A stretch of 64,000 bases of DNA, from NCBI GenBank assembly GCA_965644315.1, contig CBFFRQ010000092.1:77782-141781 (forward strand), read 5' to 3'. The DNA comes from Caecitellus pseudoparvulus. Its lineage: Eukaryota; Protista; Bigyra: Bicosoecida. Below are positions 9,303-20,317 of the stretch, one piece after another. Below the pieces are notes generated by a model. The model saw only the letters and a list, made by a program, of their open reading frames with translations, searched no databases and was not told the DNA's origin. Every line of letters begins with the position of its first letter. Position 1 is the stretch's first letter. The translations under genes and the position numbers were made by a program.

Positions 9303-11759
9303 ATGGTGCGTGGGCGTTGGCATGGCGCCTCGCTTTCGCCAGCACTTGCGCCAGAGCATGTCGCCCACACACCACAGCACACAGCGCCCTGCTCCTCTTC
9401 TACACGGCAGGCAGCAGCAACAGGCCAAGCCTTGGAGGGCATTGCAGATCCTACTGCAGTCATCGACGACATACAGGCTGAGGTGGTGGCGGCATGCTTG
9501 GGCAAGTTGAAGTGCTTGCCGGGCAGCGTCATGGCACACGGCCCTGCACTGCGAGGACTGGCAGCCATTGGGCGTGGCCAAGCGCCGGCTGCAGATGACG
9601 CCCCAACGGCCATGAGCCTGGTGGAGCTGGAGGCTGCACTGCGTGACGCGGGGAGTGCGCTGTTGGAGCAGGCTGGGCTGTTGGCGGGGCAGCATGAGCG
9701 AGGTGGTGTGTGTGCTGCGCTGCACTACCTGTCCTTCCGGTGCTTCTGCGCGGTGGATGTGCTGCATCAGGCAGCATCTGGTGTGGGTGTCGATGCAGTG
9801 CCGGAGGGTGAGGCACTGTGGGGCGCCATTGTGCGTGCTTGGGGCAGTGTGCGGGCCGGTGTGAATGTGGAGGGTGCGCTGGCTGACCTGACGCGATGGT
9901 GGCAAGGCTTTGAGGGGGCAGATGTGGATGTGGCTGGTGGGGGTGGCCCGCTCACACATGATGCTGGTGGCGAGGCAGCGGCGGATGCGGCTCTGACTGG
10001 CATGCGGCAGCAGGCTGAGTGGCTGCGAGGTGAAGCGGCAGGCGAGCTGAGAAGTGAGAGTGCTGCGAAGCACTTGGAGAGTGCTGCGCAAGCTGCGGAG
10101 GAGATGCGTGGGCTGTTGGAGTGTGCACCGGTGATGAGTGGTCGGAAGGTGAAGGCTGTGGGTGGGTTGGACTTGTCGGACGGCTTAGAGTGCCTGAATG
10201 GCAAAGATGTGAGTGTGTACAGTGGACGGGTTGAGATCGTGGATGAAGATGTTGATGGAGCTGGGGATGTGGAGCAGTGGTCAGCAAGTGTGGACGCGGG
10301 TGCGACAGCGCTTGCTGCAAGTGTTGGCGCTGTGAAGCGTGTCGAAGCGACTCGCATCGCCCATGGACTGCCGCGCATGGCGCAGACTCCACACAGAGCA
10401 GCACTGGCTCACAGTACTTCAGCTGGCCGAGCAGATGAGCCGATTGGGGTGAGGAGCAGTGTCATGGTGCAGGTGCAGTGTGAGGCGGGGTGGCCGTTGA
10501 GTGCGTTCTTAGAGGATGAAGCGTGGGGCGATGTTGGGCAGGATGTGAAGCAGCGCGTGGCTGTGAGGGTGTTGGGTGTGTGTGCTGTGGCGGAGGCGTG
10601 TGGAGTGAGTCTGAGTGGTGTGGGTGTGGGGAGCTTTGTGGTGGTGGGCGTCGGGAGTGGCAGTGTGGGGGATTTGCTGGGGGCATTGGATGGGGGTGGG
10701 TGTGAGGTGGTGTTGAGTGCATGTGGCGGTGTGTGGGGTACAGGTGGATCTGGTGGCGGAAGTGGTGACGGTAGTGGTGTGTCGAGTGTGCTGCGTGAGA
10801 TACTTGGTGTGGGAAGTGGTTCAATGGGTGGCGGATCTGGGGTTGTTTCAAGCTTCGTGGGCAGCGGTGAAGGTGGCGAGCATGCACTGTCGAGCGCGTT
10901 GGAGGTGTTTGGGCGGGGAGGGAGTGGTTGCTGCATGGGTGCATATGCGATGGCGTGTGGGGCAAGCGGGGGAGAGGCGGGGTGTCTGTCAGATGTGGAG
11001 AGTGCGGTGCGGGGTGTGCTTGATCGAGAGCAGAAAGCTGGAGAAGAAGGTCAGGCAACCAGCGCCGAAGCTGAGGTTTCATCAGCTGGACAATCGGAGC
11101 CAGCGACTGAGCAAGTTAGATTCAGTGTAGAGAACACTGCTGAGCTTGTGGAAGCGTGTACGCAGGGCAAACTTGCGAGGGTGCGTGAGCTGCTTTCATT
11201 GACGGGGGATAAGGCGGTGGATGTTCACGCGGCGGGGATGGTTAAGGTGGCCCTATTTAGCAGAAGTGATGGACCCGAGGCTGCCTTCCGATGGGCCTGC
11301 GCCAATGGCCACACAGACATCGTGCGTGAGCTGCTGGGCCTGACTGGTGCGCGGGCAGTGGATGTGCACGCGGCGGATGGGTATGGACCTGAGGCGGCCT
11401 TCCGATGGGCATGCTACATGGGCCGCACAGACATCGTGCGTGAGCTGTTAGCCCTGACTGGAGCGCGGGCAGTGGATGTGCATGCTGCGGATGGGGATGG
11501 ACCTGAGGCCGCCTTCCGAAAGGCATGTCGTTATGGCCACACAGACATCGTGCGTGAGCTGCTGGGCCTCACTGGGGCGCGGGAAGTGGATGTGCATGCG
11601 GCGGATGATGACGGACCTGAGGCCGCCTTCCGACGGGCATGCGCCAATGGCCGCACAGGCATCGTGCGTGAGCTGCTGGGCCTCACTGGTGATCGCAGGA
11701 TCCCAGTCTCCGTGCGACAGGAAGCAGCCAAGTTTGAGAGCTTGAAAGAATTGATTTGA
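9303..11759 (+). CDS. 818-aa protein: helical N-terminus, degenerate kinase-like middle region, ~5 C-terminal 38-aa ankyrin repeats
   Basis: Repeats VDVHAADGxGPEAAFRxACxxGxTDIVRELLxLTGARA at ~11150-11700. Middle segment GWPLSAFL...KQRVAVRVLGVCAVAEACGVSLSGVGVGSFVV...EVVLSACG loosely follows kinase subdomains V-VII. Start codon uncertain. Confidence 0.65.
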   Translation: MVRGRWHGASLSPALAPEHVAHTPQHTAPCSSSTRQAAATGQALEGIADPTAVIDDIQAEVVAACLGKLKCLPGSVMAHGPALRGLAAIGRGQAPAADDAPTAMSLVELEAALRDAGSALLEQAGLLAGQHERGGVCAALHYLSFRCFCAVDVLHQAASGVGVDAVPEGEALWGAIVRAWGSVRAGVNVEGALADLTRWWQGFEGADVDVAGGGGPLTHDAGGEAAADAALTGMRQQAEWLRGEAAGELRSESAAKHLESAAQAAEEMRGLLECAPVMSGRKVKAVGGLDLSDGLECLNGKDVSVYSGRVEIVDEDVDGAGDVEQWSASVDAGATALAASVGAVKRVEATRIAHGLPRMAQTPHRAALAHSTSAGRADEPIGVRSSVMVQVQCEAGWPLSAFLEDEAWGDVGQDVKQRVAVRVLGVCAVAEACGVSLSGVGVGSFVVVGVGSGSVGDLLGALDGGGCEVVLSACGGVWGTGGSGGGSGDGSGVSSVLREILGVGSGSMGGGSGVVSSFVGSGEGGEHALSSALEVFGRGGSGCCMGAYAMACGASGGEAGCLSDVESAVRGVLDREQKAGEEGQATSAEAEVSSAGQSEPATEQVRFSVENTAELVEACTQGKLARVRELLSLTGDKAVDVHAAGMVKVALFSRSDGPEAAFRWACANGHTDIVRELLGLTGARAVDVHAADGYGPEAAFRWACYMGRTDIVRELLALTGARAVDVHAADGDGPEAAFRKACRYGHTDIVRELLGLTGAREVDVHAADDDGPEAAFRRACANGRTGIVRELLGLTGDRRIPVSVRQEAAKFESLKELI
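11270..11695 (+). repeat. Tandem 114-bp coding repeat (38-aa ankyrin units), ~4 near-identical copies
   Basis: gtggatgtgca recurs at 11358, 11472 and 11586 (114-bp period); acagacatcgtgcgtgagctg is repeated. Confidence 0.9.
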
Positions 11760-11936
11760 TTCCAGGCTTTCTGTACAGGCCAATGCAACATGTGGCAAAA
11801 CCTGACACCTACCTCTGGCCAACACACCCGCCCCACTTCCAACAAGCACACAACTCACCTCACCTCACAACCACCCCTATATCCCTCGCTCACACATCCA
11901 CAGTGTCCACCCATCTAAGCCGTACACCAAAGCCTC

Positions 11937-13540
11937 TCACTCCCTCGCACGCTTTCTGCCCTTTCCACCACCCCCTCGCAGCACCTTCAGCTTGTCCATG
12001 CGCTTCGCCACGTGGCGCTTCTTTGCCTGTGCCTTCCGACTCCGGCGTGATGCAGCTGCTGCCGGGTTCACCACCGCCTCCTGCGCCACCTGCCTCGTCC
12101 GCCGCTCCTTCGCCGCCGCCCTCGCTCGCCGCTCGCCGTTGTACGCCATCAGGAACACATCTGCGCCCATGGCACCCTGCACCGCCTCCATGACCTCCGA
12201 CGCCAAGGCGCCTGCCTCTGCTGCAGCGGCCGCCTGCTGTGCTTGCTCGGACCAGGATGGCGCATCGGTCAAGACAGGGGTCACTGGCCACGTGCTCTGC
12301 CGCCTGCACAGTGCGGAACACTGCCCGTGCCACCGGCGCCACGTACCGCTGCAGGTTTGCCTGCGGCACCTGACCAGCCATGGACACGAACACGTTCAGC
12401 GCCGTGGTGGCCGCTGGCCCGCCCTGCTGCACTGCCGTGTTGCTGAGGCGCTGCAGCGGCCAGAACAGCGGGTCCCGCGCACTGCCGCCGTCGTCGTGGG
12501 CGGTGTGTGCAGAGGGCGGGCTGTCCCGCTGCACCACCTTGCCTCCCACCACCTCCACGCCACCCACGAGCAGGGTGCACTTGCCGGCCAAGAGAGCAGT
12601 GCGCTGGGCGAGGTGGGGCGGGATGATGTTGCGGGAGCTGGGCGGGGGCGTGGCGTGCAGCCCCACCGCCGTGAACAGCAGCACCGGCCCTAGAGCCGTG
12701 CCCTGCTCTCTGCTCAGCGTCTCGTCCGCCAGCTGCACACAGGCTGCCCGGGCCAAGGCGAACGAGCGCTCATCCCCAGCCATGCCGCCACGCCAGGTGG
12801 TGGAGGGCAGCTCCCCACGCTCGCCACTGCCACGGTGTTCAGGACGGCGCCCAGCCACCTGGCAGCTGCAGCCCGCACCCACGCGTGAGGGAACACCGTG
12901 ATGTCGGTCAGGGCATCCAGAGATGTCCACAGTGCACTGTACACCGTGGTGGCAGCAGTAGTGGCGTCTGACTCTTGCGCCTTCCCTGCCTTGCGCCACC
13001 GCTTCGTGCCACTGGCAGGCGTACCACCACCACTTCTACCAACAGCGCCCACCGCTGCTTCGCTCAGCACACGGGGATGTGCCTCCTACAGGCGCTGCAG
13101 GAGGGTGCAGGCGTAGTACGCCGTGTCCCACGGCAGGGCTGCGGCAGCCTTGCGGGCCTGCGCCTGAGCCGCACGCCGCGCAGCCACGGCAGGCGTCACG
13201 ACACGCCCCCACCTGTCCACATCCCCGTCACCGCTGGCATCACTGTCTTCGCCCTCCAGCTCCCCGCCGCCACCCGCCACTCCACTCGGCACGGTACGTG
13301 CAGTGTCAGGCGCACTGGTCTGCCCTGACCCACTCGCCGCACCCAGCAACGCCAGACTGCCCCCCACTAACGCTTCATCCTCCACGTCACTCCCATCACC
13401 ATCACCATCATCCGCCGCTGCGGCATCCTCCTCCAAGTGCTGGGCGTGCCGCATGGCTGCCGAGGCAGCGCCACTCGCCTGCGCCTCCTGCACGCCCTCC
13501 GGTTCAGGCGCCAGGGCTGACTCATCACCTCTTCCCTCAT
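11937..13540 (-). pseudogene. UTP20: Decayed 3' fragment of UTP20 (SSU processome HEAT-repeat protein)
   Basis: UTP20-like motifs lie in three frames: WDTAYYACTLLQRL*(TAG 13088-13086)...VFPHAWVRAAAARWLG; then ALARAACVQL...LQRYVAPVARAVFR; then LASEVMEAVQGAMGADVFLMAYN...KERRTRQVAQEAVVNPAAAASRRSRKAQAKKRH. One in-frame stop and two frameshifts; the N-terminal majority of the gene is absent. Confidence 0.7.
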
Positions 13541-13990
13541 GAGTCATGTAGCCATTGATATTGGGTGGACGCCGTGAGGAAGACCTTGTCCACCTTGGGG
13601 ATCCTCCCGAATTCACGCTGATCCTCTGTGCTTTGACCCAACGAGTTAGCTCTTCCCCTACAAAGCACTTGGAGTGGACCAGACGATGTCAATTCTTGAG
13701 GCCCTCGAAGGGTGGGCAAGAACTGGCCGAAGACCACGTCCCAGACATCATGGTGTCTGGATGGGAGGGGCCGAATGCCCTCTCCAGCCAGACAGCCCCG
13801 TGAATCGGAGCCGAAATCCTTTCAGATACCTGCCGCAATTCACACACCACACGCATACCACTGTTGCCCCTCCCTCGCGACAGCCAGCCCTCTGCTTGTG
13901 CTGCTATCCCGTGGTTTGCCCAACAGCACTAAGCTCCGCTTGTGTGCTCCAACCTTCAGCGCCTGCACACTCCACCACTGGGAAGGAGTC

Positions 13991-15107
13991 ATGGTGGTCA
14001 TCCACATCAAGCGTTCTGATACGGAGCAGTTCCTGTTCGAGACCACCTGCGCCACGTCAAACGATGAACTCATTCGGCACCTTGTGAGGCGCCTGGCGTT
14101 TCGGCCCACACACGTGCGACTCTTTCGCACTCCTGCACCCCAACGACGCAGGTTCAAGTGTGGAATGCCCGCATTCGCATTGCAGCCCTGGCTGCTGCGT
14201 GTGAGGAGCTGAGCAAATACGGGCCAGCCAAGCCTGAGGACTTGCGAGGCCTCGACGACGTACGCAGCCTTCCGTTGGAAACGCCATCAATTTCCGCGAG
14301 CAGCACACGGGCTTTCTTCACGCCATACACCTCACAGGACACCCCTCTACTGGAAGGGCAGGGACAAGGAGCAACTGCGGGGGCAGCCGCAGCAACGGCA
14401 GCTGGCGTCGCTCTGGGAACGACCGTGAAGGATCCTTCAGGTCAACGATGCGGAGCAGCACCTGACGCCAAGGCTGCCGAGACGCTGCAGGCTTGTGCAC
14501 GAGACGCGTCGGCATACATCAGCAAGGTGTGTGGCAGACTCCCCTCTCCGAGTTTGTTGCCTGTGTGCGTGGGCGGTGGCGCACCTCACCCGTTCCCACC
14601 CCGCAGCGCCAAGTGGAGACCAAGCAAGCCTTGAGCGTGGCAGGCTGCAAAGAGGTGGTGGACAACTGCCGAGGCGCGGTCATGATCGCATACCCCATGG
14701 GCCTGCCGGAGTACGACCCCATCACCCTGCTCATGGACTTCGACACGGACCTGTCTGCCACCGCCATTGGGCAGGGCATGCTGGATGCCGACACTGCGAC
14801 GCTGTGGTGGGCTGGCAAGGAGTTCCACCGCGACCAGACCGTGGGCGACCGCGTGGGGCGCAACGAGAAAACCAAGATCGTCGCCCGTCTGCAGAAGCAG
14901 GGAGGCGGCGCCCCAGCCCGAGAGCCAGGCATCTCCGAGGCGGAGCGCAAGGCCATGATGGCGCACTACTTCAAGAAGCAGGAGGAGGCCAAGGCGCTGG
15001 CGGAAGCGGACGAGGACGACTACCTGAACAGCAGCTGGGCCAACCCGCGGGCGATGAAGGAGAGCTTGCACGGCATCGGGGGCGTGTCGTGGAAGGCGCG
15101 GCGGTGA
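13991..15107 (+). CDS. CFAP298: Cilia- and flagella-associated protein 298 (C21orf59/Kurly), 4 exons
   Basis: MVVIHIKRSDTEQFLFET...EELSKYGPAKP...DPSGQRCGAAP...RGAVMIAYPMGLPEYDP...WWAGKEF...GRNEKTKIVARLQ...APAREP...YLNSSWANP. GT-AG introns 14084-14151, 14260-14337 and 14527-14606 keep the frame. Confidence 0.92.
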
Positions 15108-15141
15108 TGGGCAATGCATTGGGCGCTGGAGCTTCGCACAG

Positions 15142-16360
15142 CTACACACAGCTTTGCACGTCCAAGGCAGCTTCCAGGCCGAAGCCGACGAGGTAGGCGG
15201 CCGCTGCGGCGAGGGAGCCGTTGAGCATCATGAGGGCGCCGGAGCGCAGGGAGTTGCCCATGCGGGTGATGGCGGCCTTGACGTAGCCGAGGGCGAAGAG
15301 AGTCAGGGCGGTGACGGCACACGCGATGCCGAATCGTGCGTCGTCGTCGTCCCGGTCGTCCCACCCAGCGGCGTAGAAGATGACGTACAGCCACATGGGC
15401 ACCGAGCCGAAGGCGATGAAGGAGCAGAACGTCACGAAGCCGTCCCAGGCGGGGTTCTCGTCGTCGCTGGGCGGCATGAACTCCAACTCCACAGTGCACA
15501 TGTGGTCCACAAACGCGTCCGCGTACTCTGGCTTGGACGTGTAGATGGCCATGACAGCTTCCGCGTCCTCACGAGAAAACCCCAGCTTGTCCACGTACAA
15601 CTGCACCATCTCCTCAGTCTCCATCTCCGGCGCGTTGGTGTACTCCCACATCTCCTTCGCACGCTCCTTGCGCTGGTACTCCAGCTCTGCCGCAGAGGAC
15701 AGGTAGTCACCGAGGCCCATGCTCAACGCATCAGCCAGCAGGTTGGAGAAGCCCATCAAGATGATCACGCGCATGTCCAGCCGGGCACCTGCCACGGCGG
15801 CTACGATGGCGAAGGTGGTGATGATGCCGTCCAGCCCGCCAAACACGACAGACTTGATCACGTCCGAGCCAGCCCTGGTCAAAGCCGAGAAGCGCTGGGT
15901 GCACCCTTTCACCGGCCCGCTCACGTGCCTGCACTCACCCTCCATGCACCTCCACGTGGTTACGTTTCTGCTGTTCAAGGTGCACCATTTTCGTGAACGT
16001 CTTGTTCTTGTGGTGATCTGGGCGCGGTATGACAGCGTGTGGTGCTGGGGGGACGCGTGCGGAATATGAACTCTCGCACCACGCACATGCCGTGTGCGTG
16101 AGCCGCTTGAGTTCCTCGTCGCTGAGTTTCTCCAATTCCTCCTGGCTCATCACTGGAACGTCTTCGTCTGGGTTTGCGGGCACGACGGCGCCGTCCTCGT
16201 CCACAGCCTTGCCTTCGCTGTCCTCAGCTGATTCCTCCACAGCTTCGCCCACTTCCACGACAACCTGGTCAGAGGAAGACTCTGCCGGGACATCATCAGC
16301 CTGAGTCGGTGCGGGAGGTATCTCTCCATCAGCTGGAGCAGGTGCTGCTGGCTCTGCCAT
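15142..16360 (-). CDS. VIT1: VIT1/CCC1 vacuolar iron/manganese transporter, spliced
   Basis: IKSVVFGGLDGIITTFAIVAAVAGA, GFSNLLADALSMGLGDYLS, ERAKEMWE, FVTFCSFIAFGSVP, LFALGYVKA. Acidic N-terminal exon from ATG 16360; two short 5' introns. Confidence 0.9.
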
Positions 16361-16768
16361 GACTGAGTGCAAAGCGAAGCAATGACGTGGGCGGCCGGCG
16401 TTTCACGTTCAGGCGTATCTTTCCTTTGGCTCGAATAGCCAGCGAAGCTAAGCCTGCAAATCAAGCAGCTCGCGAACGTGTCAACCCAACGAAATCTTTT
16501 ATTTGAAACTTGTTCACTTCCGAATCGGCAACTCCCAACTGTAGTACAAGGCCGCTGACACGTTCCGTCTGTCGAAAAATGATAGGATTGCTACGGTCGA
16601 TGTTGAGATTGTCGCCTGTGCACATCCAAATCCGACAAATGATACACTTCTTGCACAAAACAAGGGCTCCATGTCCACCCCCACACAGACGGCGAGTGGG
16701 CTGTAGCGTCCGTGGCAGCCTGTTTACACATCATCCACACATGAGACGGGTTGTGCCAGCTCCCGTGC

Positions 16769-17738
16769 ATGGCTGCCGAAGCTGAGGGCTCAGACTGCTC
16801 AGCCCAGGACGGGCAGGTTGGTGCGGGGGGCCACGATGCAGTCAACGCAGAGCTTTCAAGATTGGCTGCTCCTCACGTCGCGGAATTCTTGCCTGGCGTG
16901 AAGCTCCTACAGGTACGCAGCAGTCCTGCGACGTGTCTGAAACGGCAGGCGAAACTCCACACGCTTTCGCTGTCACAGGTACCAGAGCCAACGCACGTGG
17001 GCCAGGAAGTCTGGAGCAGCGGACAAGTATTTGCTGCATTTGCGGCTAGTTGCTTCGAGGCAGGGTACTGGAACGGCAAGCGCGTGCTGGAGGTCGGTGC
17101 GGGGCTGGGTGGCGTGTCCCTGGCGCTGGCTGGCTTGGGCGCAACGGTCTTGGCCACGGACGCTGCAGAACCGGCGAGTGTCCTTGAGGGCCTGCGAAGA
17201 AATGTTGAGAGTGAAGAGCGGGTGATGGTGGTGCGTGCTTGCTGTGCTGGCCGTTTGCCTTCTCAGGGTGCTGCTCGTGGCCTCAACTCAAACACTGCTG
17301 CGCGCCGCTTTCACACAGCGTCCACTGTCCTGGCTTCGAGAGGCCGCGCACGTCCCGGACACGAGCCCTTGCGAACCCTGCCCTGAAGTTGTGCTACAGG
17401 ACATTGGAGGCTCCGTGCACCACATCGTCATGTGCGACGTGCTGTACGACAGCCGCGACACGGCGGCGGTGCTTTGCACGGCGGCCACCCTGATGCGCGC
17501 CAGCGCAGGTGCAGGTCAGGAGCCATCCACCTTCCTGGCAGTGGAGGTGCGGTCTTCCAACAGGTGCCTGGCCACGCAGCTGGAAGCTGCTGGCCTGCAG
17601 GGCACCGTGCTGCCGCTGCCGCCTGACCCAGTGCTGGGCGAGCTGCCAAGCTCGTCAGCGCCGACGCTGGTGCAGCATGTGGGCCTGGTGCTCCTCCAGC
17701 TGCGCCCGGAACCAGGTGCTGCGGAGGGTGGATGTTAG
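16769..17738 (+). CDS. METTL21/EEF1AKMT-type (Methyltransf_16) lysine methyltransferase, spliced
   Basis: VGQEVWSSGQVFA, GKRVLEVGAGLGGVSLALAGLGATVLATD, RPLSW, IVMCDVLYD. Introns ~16913-16978 and 17231-17318. Confidence 0.8.
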
Positions 17739-18120
17739 AAGTTCTGGCTCTCGGCCTCTGTCAGGGCCCGGGGGAGGGGCTCGGGCACGGAACATGTGTG
17801 TGCTTCCTTGCCATGCGCTGAGGGAGCTCCGTGCGAGCAAATGCGCACGCCAGTGCACTGGTCACAACAAAATTCATGTCATGTACAGCCCACTTGCATG
17901 AAGCATGGTTGCTTTACATGCGTTTCCACGCATCAGTCTGTCTCTGCGCCCGCTCGTGCTTCAGCACTCGCCGCAGCGCTTTTCCAGCGCGGCCGTCCAA
18001 AGAGCTGCTCCGGCTCCGCTCGCCTCAGCGCCCCGCTTACTCCGCCAACGCTGCTTCTCAGGCAGCGATCCCGCCCAGAGATAGTGTAGCGAATTACTTG
18101 AAGTTGAACAGCAGTACTTC

Positions 18121-20087
18121 ATGACTTGCTCCTGCTCGCATTGGTGTGTGCGGCCGTCCCGGCCAAAAGGGCTGGAAGCCACAGTTCTCCAGCCCAAGAC
18201 TGGGGAAGAGTCCCTGCTGGACGAGCCGGAATTTAAACAAGTCAAGTTCAGCTGGTGGAAACTGTGGCTGTATATGGGCCCTGGGTGGCTCATGAGCATC
18301 GCCTTCCTCGACCCGGGCAACATTGAAGGTGCGTCTCCTGACGTGTTTCGTCCGCCTGCGGAAATCGCTTCACCCGCATCCTGACCCAATTCGCAGGGGA
18401 TCTCCAGCAAGGCATTGCAGGAGGGTACAAACTCAAGTGAGTACACAGCACTGCAGTTGTTCATGAGGGTTTCGGCTTCAGAACGCTTGTGCAACCCGTT
18501 TCCCTGGTGCACAGCTGGGTTCTGCTGTGGAGCACCGCGCTGGGATGGCTTCTGCAGATCCTGGCCGCCCGAGTGGGCGTCGTGACTGGCAAGCAGCTGG
18601 CGCGCATCTGCCGCGAGGAGTACCCTTGGTACCTGCGCTTCATCACCTGGCTGGCCATGGAGATCGCCATCATCGGCTCCGACGTCCAAGTGCTGCTGGG
18701 CTCGTCCATTGCCATATCGCTGCTGTCACACGGGGTCATCCCGCTGTGGGGTGGCGTGCTCATCACAGGCGTGGACTCCTTCTTCCTCATGCTGCTGGAC
18801 CGCATTGGCGTGCGCAAGTTCGAGGCAGTTTTCGCCGGGCTGCTCTTCACCATGCTGGTGTGCTTCGCCACGGTGTGGGGCATTGCCGGCCCGCACATTG
18901 GGGAGATGGCGCTGGGACTGGCCATTCCACAGGTCCCGCCGCACACTGTGCAGCAGGCCGTGGGCACAGTGGGCGCAGTCATCATGCCCCACAACATATT
19001 CCTGCACAGTGCGCTGGTGCGCTCCCGCAAGGTGAACCGTGCCTCCAAGGCCGCCATTGACGAAGCCAACTACTTCAACGCAATCGAATCCGGCTTGGCG
19101 CTGCTGCTGTCCCTGTTCATCAACCTCTTCGTCGTGGCGGTGTTCGCTCACAACTTCTACGACCCCACTGGCACTCGACTGTGCCCGACGACGGACAACC
19201 CGTCCTTCCTGTGCCGGAACGTCGGGCTGCTGGAGGCAGGCAGCGTGCTGACAGCTGGACTCGGCGCCGTCGCTGGTCGGTACGTCTGGAGCATTGGCCT
19301 GCTGGCGTCGGGGCAGAGCAGCGTGCTGACGACGACGTACGCGGGGCAGTTTGTCATGAGCGGCTTCTGGAACATCAAGGTGCCCAAGTGGAAGCGCGCG
19401 CTGATCACACGCATGGTGGCGCTGGTGCCCGGCATTATCGTCGCCATCACGGCACAGAACGAGTTCGACGAGGCTGACGAGTTCCTGAACATCCTGCAGA
19501 GCATCGCCCTGCCCTTTGCCCTGCTGCCCTTGCTGCGTGTGACCATGTCCTGGCAGCTCATGGGCCCCTACGCGAATTCCCCCGCCATGAACGTGTTCGC
19601 GTGGACGGCCACTGTGGCCAGCGTGGCCATCAACGTGTACACCTTCGTGGAGGTAATTGAGGGGGACCCCTCCCAGCCGAAGTGGCTGTACGCCATCCTC
19701 GCCGTGGTCAGCCTGCTGTACGCCACCCTGCTCTTCCTCCTCGTGCGTTGGGAGGTGGGTGACCACCGGGGCGAGTGGGACCCGCACGCCGTGGAGGACG
19801 CGGATGATGAGGATGCCAAGGATGGGGCGCTGGACGTGGACACGCCGCAGGCCAGTCTCCTGGGTGAGTCCACGGATGGCGCACGCACGGACAGCTTGGA
19901 TGTGGAGCTCCTCACCCCCAACGCCCAGTCCCCAGCCCTGAACGCGCCGACGCCGGCGGCAACGCGGCTTTGGTGGGAGGACCCCAGTCTGTACCTTGTG
20001 CCATCTTCTGAGAACCCTGGTGCGGGTGGCAAGGGAGTGGCCCCTCGAGCCGCCATGTCCACTCTGTCGGACCCTGCGCTGCTGTAG
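18121..20087 (+). CDS. NRAMP: NRAMP/SLC11 divalent metal transporter
   Basis: [17 protein letters not shown]|[51 protein letters not shown]. Introns 18329-18396 and 18437-18514. Confidence 0.95.
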
Positions 20088-20317
20088 GCTTGCAGGGCCG
20101 GCTGTGTCGCGCACCAGCACTTTGCTGGATTCTTCGTGTGTGAGCCATCAGCGGTTGCAGCGGTGGCACGCGGTCAATTCACCCTCGCCGCGCCATGGGC
20201 CACGCTAAGCACTTCCAAATGATCTCATTTGTGTTGCCTGGACCATTGCAGCTCCCCTGCGGGTTCTAGCAGTGTCTCTTGCCTTGACTGCGTGTGCGGT
20301 AATTGCTCCGCAACACA

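Noticed and set aside
11270-11695. Regularly spaced repeats as a CRISPR array
   Set aside because: In-frame 114-bp coding ankyrin units with no unique spacers, no cas genes and a eukaryotic context.
13086-13088. In-frame TAG in the UTP20-like region as evidence of stop-codon reassignment
   Set aside because: VPS13, the methyltransferase and NRAMP end normally at TAG, and the same region has frameshifts, so pseudogenisation is simpler.
13540-13830. Structured ncRNA (RNase P/MRP, SRP, U3) suggested by hairpin CCAGACA-tcatgg-TGTCTGG
   Set aside because: No convincing conserved boxes by eye; an Infernal/Rfam scan would be needed.
8893-13990. A single mobile element spanning the ankyrin gene and the UTP20 fragment
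   Set aside because: No terminal repeats, TSD or transposase/Rep-helicase found.
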